A DNA stretch of 48,342 bases. Origin: Aeromicrobium choanae. GTDB lineage: Bacteria; Actinomycetota; Actinomycetes; Propionibacteriales; Nocardioidaceae. Shown here one piece after another: positions 39,844 through 48,342 of the stretch. A program made the translations under genes and the position numbers. Each line of letters opens with the position of its first letter. Position 1 is the first letter of the stretch. A model generated the notes under the pieces. That model saw only the letters and a list, made by a program, of their open reading frames with translations. It did no database searches and was not told the origin of the DNA. Location of the stretch: assembly GCA_029265505.1 (NCBI GenBank), contig JAJUII010000001.1, forward strand, positions 1-48,342. Direction: 5' to 3'.

Positions 39844-40428
39844 TCAGGTTGTCGGTCGCCGCGCCGACAGGACCCGGAAGCCCTTGCGGCTCGCCACCCG
39901 CTCGGTCGGGTACCCCTGCTCGATCAGCCAGCGCTGCAGCGAGTCGGCGCCGAGGTTCTTGCCGACCACCAGTCGCGCCTCGCCGCCCGGACGCAGGCGG
40001 GGCAACCAGACCGACAGCAGATCGTGCAGCGCCCGCTTGCCGATGCGGATCGGCGGGTTGGACCAGATCGCGTCGAACTCGACGTCCTGGGGCACCTGCG
40101 TCCCCGGCACGGCACGGACGTCGAGGTCGCCGGCGTTGAGTGCGGTGAGCTCGAGGGCCCGCTCGTTGACGTCGACCGCCCAGACGGTGCAGCCCTGTTC
40201 GGCCAGCGAGCACGCGATCGGCCCCCAGCCGCACCCGAGGTCCAGCACGACCGCGCCGGGCGGCGGCGGTGTGCTCTCCGACAGCAGGACCGCGGTCGCC
40301 TTGTCCAGTCCGTCGGCGGAGAACACGCCACCGGAGGTCAGGTACTCGCGGCGACGGCCCCAGACCTCCACCGTCACGGTGCGCCGTTCGTCGCCCGTGG
40401 TGGGGGCGGCGTCGAAGTAGTGAGTCAC
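39844..40428 (-). CDS. Class I SAM methyltransferase, small MTS/RsmC-like
   Basis: GVFS...LDKAT, VLDLGCGWGPI, AVDVNERAL, IWSNPPIRIGK. Confidence 0.9.
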   Translation of the reverse strand: MTHYFDAAPTTGDERRTVTVEVWGRRREYLTSGGVFSADGLDKATAVLLSESTPPPPGAVVLDLGCGWGPIACSLAEQGCTVWAVDVNERALELTALNAGDLDVRAVPGTQVPQDVEFDAIWSNPPIRIGKRALHDLLSVWLPRLRPGGEARLVVGKNLGADSLQRWLIEQGYPTERVASRKGFRVLSARRPTT

Positions 40429-40790
40429 CGGTCACCCTCGCTCTGCTCGAGCCAGGCTCGCCGCACGCGCGGCTTCGCCGTCACGAGCCACGCCTCGGTC
40501 AGCATCTCGCGCAGCTCGTCGTCGTCGACCTCCTCCGGACGCACCAGCACGACGGGGGAGTCGAACCTCTCCAGGTGGTCGTTGGTGAAGTACGGCAGGT
40601 CCGGGTCGCGCAGGAGCGCCTCGCGCTCGGCGGGGTCCACCTTGAACGCGAGGGCGCCGGGGGAGTCCTGCCTGTCGCGCCACCAGGCCACGAGCCGACC
40701 GCCGGTCTTGACACCCGGCATGCCCCAGGAGATCGCGGCCACGGTGTCGGGGAAGCTCAGCAGGAACTCCTCGATCTCAGGCCAGCGCAT
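40425..40790 (-). CDS. MmcQ/YjbR family protein
   Basis: MRWPEIEEFLLSFP...WGMPGVK...ELREMLTEAWL pattern; TACCGT 6 nt upstream. Confidence 0.75.
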   Translation of the reverse strand: MRWPEIEEFLLSFPDTVAAISWGMPGVKTGGRLVAWWRDRQDSPGALAFKVDPAEREALLRDPDLPYFTNDHLERFDSPVVLVRPEEVDDDELREMLTEAWLVTAKPRVRRAWLEQSEGDR

Positions 40791-40834
40791 GGCTCCACGG
40801 TAGCGCCGCCGAGGGACCGGATGCGCGGCGCCGA

Positions 40835-41251
40835 TCAGCCCGGTCGGACGAAGGTGACGCCGTCGGACGGCACGAGAGCGTCCGCCTCGACGGTGAACTC
40901 GCGTCCCAGCTCGGGGATCTCGGCCGACCACCGGGTGCACGCGACGCCGCCGTCGGCGTCGGGAGTCAGGATCACGCGACCGCCGGCGAGGTCCCAGCGC
41001 CCCGGGACCTCGTTGCACTCGTCGGTGAGCGTGTAGGTGTCGTCGTCGGACAACGTCAGCAGCCAGCGGCGTTCGAGCTCGGCGTCGGGCGCGCTGACCC
41101 ACAGTCCCAGCACCGGCAGGGTGTCCTCGGGCCCGATCGAGGTGGCCGGATCGCCGGTCGCCGGTGGACCGGACGCGGGCTCGTCGTCGGCGGCGCGGCC
41201 GCACCCCGCCAGGAGCGTGGCCGCGACCAGCAGCGTCGCGCTCCGTCGCAT
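40835..41251 (-). CDS. Hypothetical lipoprotein
   Basis: MRRSATLLVAATLLAGC lipobox, Pro-rich linker, small domain with two further Cys; TACCGT 7 nt upstream. Confidence 0.65.
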   Translation of the reverse strand: MRRSATLLVAATLLAGCGRAADDEPASGPPATGDPATSIGPEDTLPVLGLWVSAPDAELERRWLLTLSDDDTYTLTDECNEVPGRWDLAGGRVILTPDADGGVACTRWSAEIPELGREFTVEADALVPSDGVTFVRPG

Positions 41252-41265
41252 ACCGTCCACGGTAC

Positions 41266-41856
41266 TCACCGGCGTCGCCGAAGGACGGCGCGCGTGCGAG
41301 GTCCGAGCCGGCCGACCAAGTGTTCGGGGCGGTCGACGTCCCGGCGCAGCGTGGACTCCGGACGCACCGGGAGCTCGACGAACCCGGCCGCGAGGTGGCG
41401 GCGCCACGAGCTCGGCCCGAACGCCGCCGGCAGCTCGCCCTCCCGGGCGGTCACCAGAGTCGTGCCCTCCCGTTCGTCGTCGGGGACGGCGCCCAGGCGC
41501 ACGCTCTCGGCGAGCGTGAGGGCCTCGTCCAGATCGGAGGACTCCAAGCCCGGAAGATCGCCCAGCAGCACCGCGCGGCGCTCCTCGGGCAGCCCGGGCA
41601 GCACCGTGGAGAGCGCCGCGGCGATGCCGCGGGGTGCGGGCTCAGGCATGACCCGGACCCCGGGGACGTCGATCGAGGTGTCGGCGCTGATCACGACGAC
41701 GTCCGCCACGGCGGCGGCCGCCTCGATGGTGTCGAGCGCGATCGCCCGCGCCAGCGCGGTGCGGTCGACGCCGGGCACCGTGAGTCGGGACTTGCCGAGG
41801 GTGGGCGGCTTGACCGGGACCACGACCGTCCAGGCGTCCCGCCGCGCGTCAGGCAC
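41266..41856 (-). CDS. cofC: 2-phospho-L-lactate/PEP guanylyltransferase (F420 biosynthesis, CofC/FbiD)
   Basis: WTVVVPVK....GKSRL, LARAIALDT, LLGDLP, GTTL, FGPSS..RH, LRRDVD; same operon as fbiC. Confidence 0.88.
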   Translation of the reverse strand: MPDARRDAWTVVVPVKPPTLGKSRLTVPGVDRTALARAIALDTIEAAAAVADVVVISADTSIDVPGVRVMPEPAPRGIAAALSTVLPGLPEERRAVLLGDLPGLESSDLDEALTLAESVRLGAVPDDEREGTTLVTAREGELPAAFGPSSWRRHLAAGFVELPVRPESTLRRDVDRPEHLVGRLGPRTRAVLRRRR

Positions 41857-43288
41857 CCGTGGACTCCGCGTTGTCGGTCACGTCGATCCCGAACGGCCCG
41901 GGATCGAAGTGCCCGAAGCGCTCGCGGAACTCCTGGGCCTTCCCCGGCCACAGCAGCACCTGGCGTCCGGAGCGCTCGTCGACGTACCAGTTGTGGCAGC
42001 CGGAGGTCCACGGGCCGCTGCGCGCGTCCAGCTCCTCGACATAGGCCTGCTCGGCCTCGATCGACACTTCCAAGGGCCCGTGCTCGAGCCAGGGCAGTGC
42101 GGAGGCGACGTAGTCCGCCTGCGCCTCGATCATGAGCACCGCCGAGTTGTGGGCGAGCGTCGCGTTCGGTCCGTCGAGGACGAACATGTTCGGGAAGCCG
42201 TGGACGGCGGTCGAGGCGTAGGCGCGCATGCCCTGGGACCAGTACTGGTCCAGCCCGATGCCGTCGCGGCCGGTGACGAGCTCGGCGTAGGGCTGTCGCG
42301 TCGTGTGGAACCCGGTCGCGGCGATGACGACGTCGACCTCGTGCTGCGAGCCGTCGGCGGCGACCACCGCGTCCGGCATGTAGCCGGTCAGCGCATGCGG
42401 GACCAGCGTCACGTGCGGCAGTCGGACGGTGTCGTAGTAGTCGTCGCTGAACAGCACGCGCTTGCAGCCGAACTCGTGGTCCGGCGTCAGCGCCGCGCGC
42501 AGCACCGGGTCCGGCACCCGCTCCGCCAGGTGGGCGAGGGCGCGGTCGCGGGCTGCCAGGCGGGCGTCGCCGGCCCGCTCGTCGAACACCTCGTCGGTCT
42601 CGCGGCGGAGGGACTCGCGCAGGGCGTCCAGTCGCTCCGGCCTGCTCCGGAACAGCGAGATCTCGGCGTCGTCGTAGGCGCGGTCTCCCTTGGGGAGCAC
42701 GTACGGCGCGCTGCGCTGCAGGACGACGACCGACTCGGCGACCCTCGCGATCTCGGGGATCACCTGCAGGCCCGAGGCGCCGGTGCCCACCACGGCGACG
42801 CGCGCCCCCTCCAGGTCGAGGTCGTCGTCCCAGCGGGCGGTGTGGACGACCGGGCCGGCGAACTCGCCGTCGACCTCGGGGTACCGCGGCTCGGTGAGTC
42901 GACCCGCGGCGAGCACGAGCACCTCGGCGACGACGTCGCCTCGCGAGGTGGCCAGATTCCACCGACTGCCGTCCCAGACGGCCTCCTCGAGCCGGGTGGA
43001 CAGCATGATCCGGTCCGCCACCGAGGCGGCGGCGTCCTCGAGGTACTCCCGGATCTCCGCGCCCGGCGCGAACACCCGGCTGAAGCCCGGGTGTGGGATG
43101 TCGGAGAAGCCATACAGGTGGGCCGGGACGTCGCACGCCACGCCCGGGTAGCGGTTGTCGTACCAGGTGCCACCGATGCCGGGTCGCCGCTCCAGCACGA
43201 CGAACGACTCGCCGGCCGCGTCCAGCCTCCGGGCCATCGCGATCCCCGCGAACCCCGCGCCGACCACGGCCACCCGCACGCGCATCAC
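41849..43288 (-). CDS. Flavin-containing monooxygenase, type I Baeyer-Villiger fingerprint
   Basis: GAGFAG, GGTWYDNRYPGVACD, FAGPVVHTARWD (FxGxxxHxxxWD), GTGASG, GCKR, ATGF. Confidence 0.9.
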   Translation of the reverse strand: MMRVRVAVVGAGFAGIAMARRLDAAGESFVVLERRPGIGGTWYDNRYPGVACDVPAHLYGFSDIPHPGFSRVFAPGAEIREYLEDAAASVADRIMLSTRLEEAVWDGSRWNLATSRGDVVAEVLVLAAGRLTEPRYPEVDGEFAGPVVHTARWDDDLDLEGARVAVVGTGASGLQVIPEIARVAESVVVLQRSAPYVLPKGDRAYDDAEISLFRSRPERLDALRESLRRETDEVFDERAGDARLAARDRALAHLAERVPDPVLRAALTPDHEFGCKRVLFSDDYYDTVRLPHVTLVPHALTGYMPDAVVAADGSQHEVDVVIAATGFHTTRQPYAELVTGRDGIGLDQYWSQGMRAYASTAVHGFPNMFVLDGPNATLAHNSAVLMIEAQADYVASALPWLEHGPLEVSIEAEQAYVEELDARSGPWTSGCHNWYVDERSGRQVLLWPGKAQEFRERFGHFDPGPFGIDVTDNAESTGA

Positions 43289-45453
43289 GAGACGACCCCG
43301 TAGGTCGTGGTGCGCCAGCGGAGCTGGCGGCCGAGACGACGTGCGAGACGCTCGGCGTCGGCAGGGGTGAGCTCGTGCCCGTGCTCCACGCCCGCCTCGG
43401 GATGGACCCGTCCGTCGACCAGGGTGCCGCCGAGGTCGTCGGCTCCGGATCGCAGGACGAGCTCGGCGCCGTCGAGGCCGATCCGGGTCCAGGCGGCCTG
43501 GATGTGGGTGATGCTGCCGTGCAGGATCAACCGTGCGACCGCGTGCACGGCCCGATGCGTGTCCGTGTCGTGGTCGCCACCGGGGAACGCCATCGGGACG
43601 AGCTCGGTGAAGCCGCCGGTCTGCGACTGCAGCGATCGTAGGGCCAGCAAGTGGCGCACGCGCTGTCGCGGCGTCTCCCCGTGCCCGTAGAACATCACGG
43701 AGGTGGACCGCAGTCCCGAGCGGTGGGCGGCCCGGATCGCCTCCAGCCAGGCCTCGACCGGCAGGTCGTCGGGGAACCGTTCACGCCGGTGGTCCTCGTC
43801 GAGGATCTTCACGCCGGTGCCCGGGACGGTGTCGACGCCGGCGGCGACGAGGGCGGCGTACTGGTCGGCGACCGACCGGCCCGCGCGTCGGGCGCCGTCG
43901 ACGACGTCGGCGGGCCGGAACGCGTGCAGGTGCAGCTGCGGCGCCGCCTGTCGCACCGTCCGCGCGATCTGCTCGTACGCGTCCGGCGTCGGCGAGGCGG
44001 CGACGCCCTGGACGCACAGCTCGGTGGCTCCCAGCTCGGCCGCGTCGGCCGCCACCTCGGCGACGATCGCCAGGTCGGCGACGCGGTCGGAGCCCAGGTT
44101 GCGATTCTGCACGAGCGAGACCGTCGCACCCACGACCGAGCGGCGCAACTCGTCGGCCAGTCCGGTGAGCCGGTCGAGCTCACGGCCGGTGGACGTCATG
44201 AGGCGGACGTAGTCGTCCTCGGTCAGCCCGGTCGGGTCGTGCTCGGCCCGGGTGATCGGGTCGCCGGCGACGGTCGCCACCGGCGCACGCTCGGTCGTCG
44301 CCGGCGCCGCCAGTCCGTCCGGTCCGGCGTGGGCCAAGACCGCGGCGTGCAGGCCCGGGTCGATCCAGACGTCCCGGTCGGCGATGTACGGCGGATGGAC
44401 CGTGAGGCGCTCGCGCAGCTCATGGCCTGTGCGTCGCGTCGCGTCGCGCAACGCGTCGACCTGCGGCCACGGACGCTCGGGGTTGACGTGGTCGGCCGTC
44501 AGCGGGCTGACGCCGCCCCAGTCGTCGATGCCGGCGGCGACCAGGCGGGCCAAGGCGTCCGGGTCGGCCAGGTTCGGAGGCGCCTGGATGCGGGCGTCCG
44601 GGCCGAGCAGGATCCGGGTCGTGGCGACGGCCGCGACGAACTCGTCCAGGTCGGCGTCGGCCTCGCCCTGCATCGCGGTGGCGGGCTTGGCGCGGAAGTT
44701 CTGCACGATCACCTCTTGGATGTGACCATGCCGCTCCCACAGTTCCCGCAGGGCGAGGATCGTGTCGAATCGCTCCCGGACCGTCTCGCCGATGCCGACG
44801 AGCAGGCCGGTGGTGAACGGGATCCGCAGGCGTCCGGCGTCCTCGAGGACCTGCAGCCGGACCGCCGGATCCTTGTCGGGCGACCCGAAGTGCGCCTGAC
44901 CCGGCTCGCTGAACAGGCGTCGGCTGGTGGTCTCCAGCATCATCCCCATCGAGGGTGCGGTCGGGCGCAGGCGCTCCAGCTCGGCCGCCGACATGACGCC
45001 GGGGTTGAGGTGGGCGAGCAGCCCGGTCTCGGCGGTGATCCGTCGTGCCAGGTGCCCGACGTAGTCCAAGGTCGAGGCGAAGCCGTGCTCGTCGAGCCAG
45101 GCTCGCGCCACCCCCCAGCGGTCCTCGGGTCGGTCGCCCAAGGTCAGCAGGGCCTCCTTGCAGCCCAGGGCGGCGCCGTGGCGGGCGAGCGCCAGGACCT
45201 GGTCCTCCGAGAGGTAGGGGGCGATCCGCTTGCGCTCGAGCTTGGCGGGGGTGTCGACGAAGGCGCAGTAGTGACAGCGGTCGCGGCACAGGGTCGTCAC
45301 CGGGACGAACACCTTGCGCGACCAGGTGATCACGCCGGGGCGGCCGGCGCGGCGCAGGCCCTCGTCGCGCAGTCGCCCGGCCTCGCGGACGAGGGTGTCG
45401 AGGGCGTCGCCGCGGGCGAGCAGCATCGACGCGTCGCGCAGGTCGGACCGCAT
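43285..45453 (-). CDS. fbiC: FO synthase FbiC-like protein: intact CofG domain plus degenerate CofH domain
   Basis: SRKVFVPVTTLCRDRCHYCAF, SMGMMLE, HFGSPDKDPAVRL, DDWGGVSPLTADHVNPERPWP; C-terminal half retains DLGGTL and RTTTY. Confidence 0.88.
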   Translation of the reverse strand: MRSDLRDASMLLARGDALDTLVREAGRLRDEGLRRAGRPGVITWSRKVFVPVTTLCRDRCHYCAFVDTPAKLERKRIAPYLSEDQVLALARHGAALGCKEALLTLGDRPEDRWGVARAWLDEHGFASTLDYVGHLARRITAETGLLAHLNPGVMSAAELERLRPTAPSMGMMLETTSRRLFSEPGQAHFGSPDKDPAVRLQVLEDAGRLRIPFTTGLLVGIGETVRERFDTILALRELWERHGHIQEVIVQNFRAKPATAMQGEADADLDEFVAAVATTRILLGPDARIQAPPNLADPDALARLVAAGIDDWGGVSPLTADHVNPERPWPQVDALRDATRRTGHELRERLTVHPPYIADRDVWIDPGLHAAVLAHAGPDGLAAPATTERAPVATVAGDPITRAEHDPTGLTEDDYVRLMTSTGRELDRLTGLADELRRSVVGATVSLVQNRNLGSDRVADLAIVAEVAADAAELGATELCVQGVAASPTPDAYEQIARTVRQAAPQLHLHAFRPADVVDGARRAGRSVADQYAALVAAGVDTVPGTGVKILDEDHRRERFPDDLPVEAWLEAIRAAHRSGLRSTSVMFYGHGETPRQRVRHLLALRSLQSQTGGFTELVPMAFPGGDHDTDTHRAVHAVARLILHGSITHIQAAWTRIGLDGAELVLRSGADDLGGTLVDGRVHPEAGVEHGHELTPADAERLARRLGRQLRWRTTTYGVVS

Positions 45454-45629
45454 GCGGCCACCCTAGTCGGGGCCGCCAGGGCAGCGGCGGAGTCGGGTGT
45501 CCAGACCCTCCCGAGCTGCGCTCGGCGATCGCGCCAGGCGGCGCGGCGTGGCGGTCCCACCTGGCTCTGACCTGCGCAAACGCGGGAGTCGCGGGTCGGG
45601 TGATCGGACCGCTGGCGTACCCTACGGGT

Positions 45630-46136
45630 ATGTTCAGTCGAGTCATCACCCTGCTGTTCGCCGCCCTGCTGGTTCTGTCGGGATGTGGTGATGGCGCCGG
45701 CGATGACTCCGGCCAGTCTGCCGGCATCGCCGCGGCGGACGTGTGGGTCAAGGCGACCGACGAGGACATGAGCGCCGTCTTCGCGGTGATCAGCAACAGC
45801 GCCGACACGGACGCGACGGTCGTCGGCGTCGCGACGGACCTGACCGACAGCGCCGAGCTGCATGAGACGGCCGACGGCACGATGCGTCCGGTCGAGTCGT
45901 TCACCGTCCCGGCCGGCGAGTCGCTGATCCTCGAGCCCGGTGGGAACCACCTCATGCTGATGGATCTGACCGAGCCGATCGAGCCGGGCCAGGAGGTCAC
46001 GCTGACCCTCGAGTTCGAGGACGGGACGACGTTCGACCTGGCGGCCACGGCGAAGGACTTCGCCGGTGGTGCCGAGGACTACGACGACCACGCCGGCCAC
46101 GACGGGCACGACCACGAGGACCACGAGGACCACTGA
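45630..46136 (+). CDS. PCu(A)C-type copper chaperone lipoprotein with His-rich tail
   Basis: Lipobox LSGC; ELHE.....M...PGGNHLMLMDL copper motif; tail HAGHDGHDHEDHEDH. Confidence 0.9.
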   Translation: MFSRVITLLFAALLVLSGCGDGAGDDSGQSAGIAAADVWVKATDEDMSAVFAVISNSADTDATVVGVATDLTDSAELHETADGTMRPVESFTVPAGESLILEPGGNHLMLMDLTEPIEPGQEVTLTLEFEDGTTFDLAATAKDFAGGAEDYDDHAGHDGHDHEDHEDH

Positions 46137-47302
46137 TGAAGCGTCGGGCCCTGTTCGGCGGGGCCGCCGCCGTCGGTGCCGCCGCCGTCGGGGGAGCGGT
46201 GCTCGGATCGGCGGCCGCGCCCGCGGATGCACCGCGCCCCCACGGCACGGACACCGTCCCGTTCCACGGGCGGCACCAGGCGGGCATCGCCACGGACGCC
46301 CAGGCCCACCAGAGCCTGCTTGCCTTCGACCTGGTCCGCGGGGTCGACGCCGAGGCCGTCGGCCGCCTGCTGACCCTGCTCACGGACGACGCCGAGCGCC
46401 TCACCGCCGGACGTGCTCCCCTCGCCGACATCGAGCCGGAGATGGCCGCGGTGCCGGCACGATTGACGGTCACGTTCGGGTTCGGGCCGCGTCTCGTGCG
46501 GATCGTCGCGGGGCCGACGGCGGTGCCCGCGTGGCTCAGGCCGCTGCCGCCCTATCCGACGATCGATCGGCTCGAGGAGCGTTGGAACGGTGGAGACCTG
46601 CTCGTCCAGGTGGCCGCCGAGGACCCGACGACGGTCGCCCACGCGGTGCGCATGATGGTGCGGGACGCGCGCGCCTTCGCCACCCTGCGCTGGCGGCAGG
46701 ACGGGTTCCGCCATGCGGCCGGCACCCACCGTCCCGGGACGACGATGCGGAACCTCTTCGGTCAGATCGACGGCAGCGCCAACGCGGTCCCCGGCACCGA
46801 GGAGTTCGACCGGGTCGTGTGGCGGGACGGTCCCGAGGAATGGCTCGTCGGCGGCACCACCATGGTCGTCCGTCGGATCGCGATGGACCTGGACACCTGG
46901 GACGAGGTCGGCCGCACCGCGCGGGAGTTCTCGGTCGGGAGGCGGCTGTCCGACGGGGCCCCGCTCACCGGGGGAACGGAGACCGACGACGTCGACCTCG
47001 ACGCGGTCGACGAGCGGGGATTCACCGTCATCGGCCCCGCGGCCCACGTCCGGCGCGCCCGGACCGACGATCCGACACAGCGCATCTTCCGCCGCGCCTA
47101 CAACTACGACGGCGTCGACGGCACGGGCCTGGTCTTCACGGCGTTCCAGGCCGATCTGGAGCACCAGTACCTGCCGATGCAGGCGAGGCTGGCCGAGCTG
47201 GACGCCCTCAACGCGTGGACGACCCCGATCGGCTCGGCGGTGTTCGCCATCCCCGGCGGCATCGCCCCGGGCGAGCACGTGGGACAGGCGCTGTTCGGGT
47301 GA
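46136..47302 (+). CDS. Tat-exported DyP-type heme peroxidase
   Basis: KRRALF twin-arginine signal, [17 protein letters not shown] (GxxDG), [14 protein letters not shown]. Confidence 0.92.
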   Translation: MKRRALFGGAAAVGAAAVGGAVLGSAAAPADAPRPHGTDTVPFHGRHQAGIATDAQAHQSLLAFDLVRGVDAEAVGRLLTLLTDDAERLTAGRAPLADIEPEMAAVPARLTVTFGFGPRLVRIVAGPTAVPAWLRPLPPYPTIDRLEERWNGGDLLVQVAAEDPTTVAHAVRMMVRDARAFATLRWRQDGFRHAAGTHRPGTTMRNLFGQIDGSANAVPGTEEFDRVVWRDGPEEWLVGGTTMVVRRIAMDLDTWDEVGRTAREFSVGRRLSDGAPLTGGTETDDVDLDAVDERGFTVIGPAAHVRRARTDDPTQRIFRRAYNYDGVDGTGLVFTAFQADLEHQYLPMQARLAELDALNAWTTPIGSAVFAIPGGIAPGEHVGQALFG

Positions 47303-47360
47303 TCGGGAACGCGCTGCGGCCTGCGTGGTTTCGGGCGAACTCGCACCTACACTCGATCGG

Positions 47361-48050
47361 GTGATTCGTTTCGACAAGGTCACCAAGACCTACCCGGGCC
47401 AGAAGCGCGCCGCGCTGGACCGTCTCGACCTGGAGATCAACAAGGGCGAGTTCGTGTTCCTCGTCGGTGCCTCGGGGTCGGGGAAGTCGACCTTCCTGCG
47501 ACTCATCCTGCGTGAGACCCGACCCACGTCGGGGCATGTCTTCGTCGCCGGCAAGGAGATCAACAAGCTGCCGAGCTGGAAGGTGCCGAAGCTGCGCCGC
47601 CAGCTGGGCACGGTGTTCCAGGACTTCCGGCTGTTGCCGAACAAGACCGTCTTCGAGAACGTCGCCTACGCCCTCGAGGTGATCGGCAAGCCCCGCGAGG
47701 AGATCCAGCGTCTCGTCCCCGAGACGCTGGACCTCGTCGGTCTGGACGGGAAGGGGCACCGCCGTCCCGACGAGCTCTCCGGCGGCGAGCAGCAGCGGGT
47801 CGCGATCGCCCGCGCCTACGTCAACCGGCCGATGATCCTCATCGCCGACGAGCCGACCGGCAACCTCGACCCGAGCACGAGCGTGGGCATCATGAAGCTC
47901 TTGGATCGGATCAACCGCACCGACACCACGGTGATCATGGCGACCCACGACTCCTCGATCGTCGACCAGATGCGCAAACGGGTCATCGAGCTCGACGAGG
48001 GCCGCGTCGTGCGCGACGAGGCGCGCGGCATCTACGGCTACGAGAACTGA
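47361..48050 (+). CDS. ftsE: Cell division ATP-binding protein FtsE
   Basis: 229 aa from GTG 47361; [40 protein letters not shown]. Confidence 0.95.
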   Translation: MIRFDKVTKTYPGQKRAALDRLDLEINKGEFVFLVGASGSGKSTFLRLILRETRPTSGHVFVAGKEINKLPSWKVPKLRRQLGTVFQDFRLLPNKTVFENVAYALEVIGKPREEIQRLVPETLDLVGLDGKGHRRPDELSGGEQQRVAIARAYVNRPMILIADEPTGNLDPSTSVGIMKLLDRINRTDTTVIMATHDSSIVDQMRKRVIELDEGRVVRDEARGIYGYEN

Positions 48051-48072
48051 TCCGGCGACCAGAACAGAGACC

Positions 48073-48342
48073 ATGCGAGCGATCCTCAACGAACTTCGGG
48101 CGAGCCTGACCCGCAACACCTCCATGACGATCTCGCTGATCGTCACGATGTCGGTGTCCCTGCTGCTGGCGTCGCTGGGGCTGCTGATCCAGGCCCAGGC
48201 CGAGCGCACCGAGCAGTACTTCGGTGACCGGCTTCAGCTCCAGGTGAACCTGTGCACGAAGAACTCCCCGGCGGCGACCTGCGTCGGCGGGGCGGCGACC
48301 GACGAGCAGAAGGAGGCCGTCCAGCAGGCGTTGCGGGACAAC
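48073..48342 (+). CDS. ftsX: Cell division permease FtsX, N-terminal part (runs off the window)
   Basis: MRAILNELRASLTRNTSMTISLIVTMSVSLLLASLGLL..., directly after ftsE. Confidence 0.88.
   Translation, partial: MRAILNELRASLTRNTSMTISLIVTMSVSLLLASLGLLIQAQAERTEQYFGDRLQLQVNLCTKNSPAATCVGGAATDEQKEAVQQALRDN

Overview
High-GC actinobacterial chromosome segment (Nocardioidaceae-like by protein style; this is an inference). The left end is core genome: adk (partial), map, a four-gene insert (MFS, a frameshifted StyC-like membrane protein, M20 peptidase, DUF1330-like protein), then infA-rpmJ-rpsM-rpsK-rpsD-rpoA-rplQ. Two tandem secreted S8 proteases follow. Next is a ~27 kb acyl-CoA catabolic cluster (13048-39811) with a single-chain biotin carboxylase, a second carboxylase split over three genes (BCCP, CT, BC), two CoA ligases, an ACAD10/11-type dehydrogenase, two crotonases, MaoC, thiolase, SDR, two paralogous thioesterases, a Nudix hydrolase, MFS and Opp/Dpp-type transporters, and three TetR regulators. 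Several recurring operator-like motifs are visible in its intergenic DNA. The right end has a small methyltransferase, an fbiC-monooxygenase-cofC operon whose FbiC second (CofH) domain lacks the radical-SAM CxxxCxxC motif, a PCuAC-DyP pair, ftsE and ftsX (partial). No rRNA, tRNA, CRISPR array or mobile-element gene was recognised. All family calls come from motif recognition by eye, not database searches.
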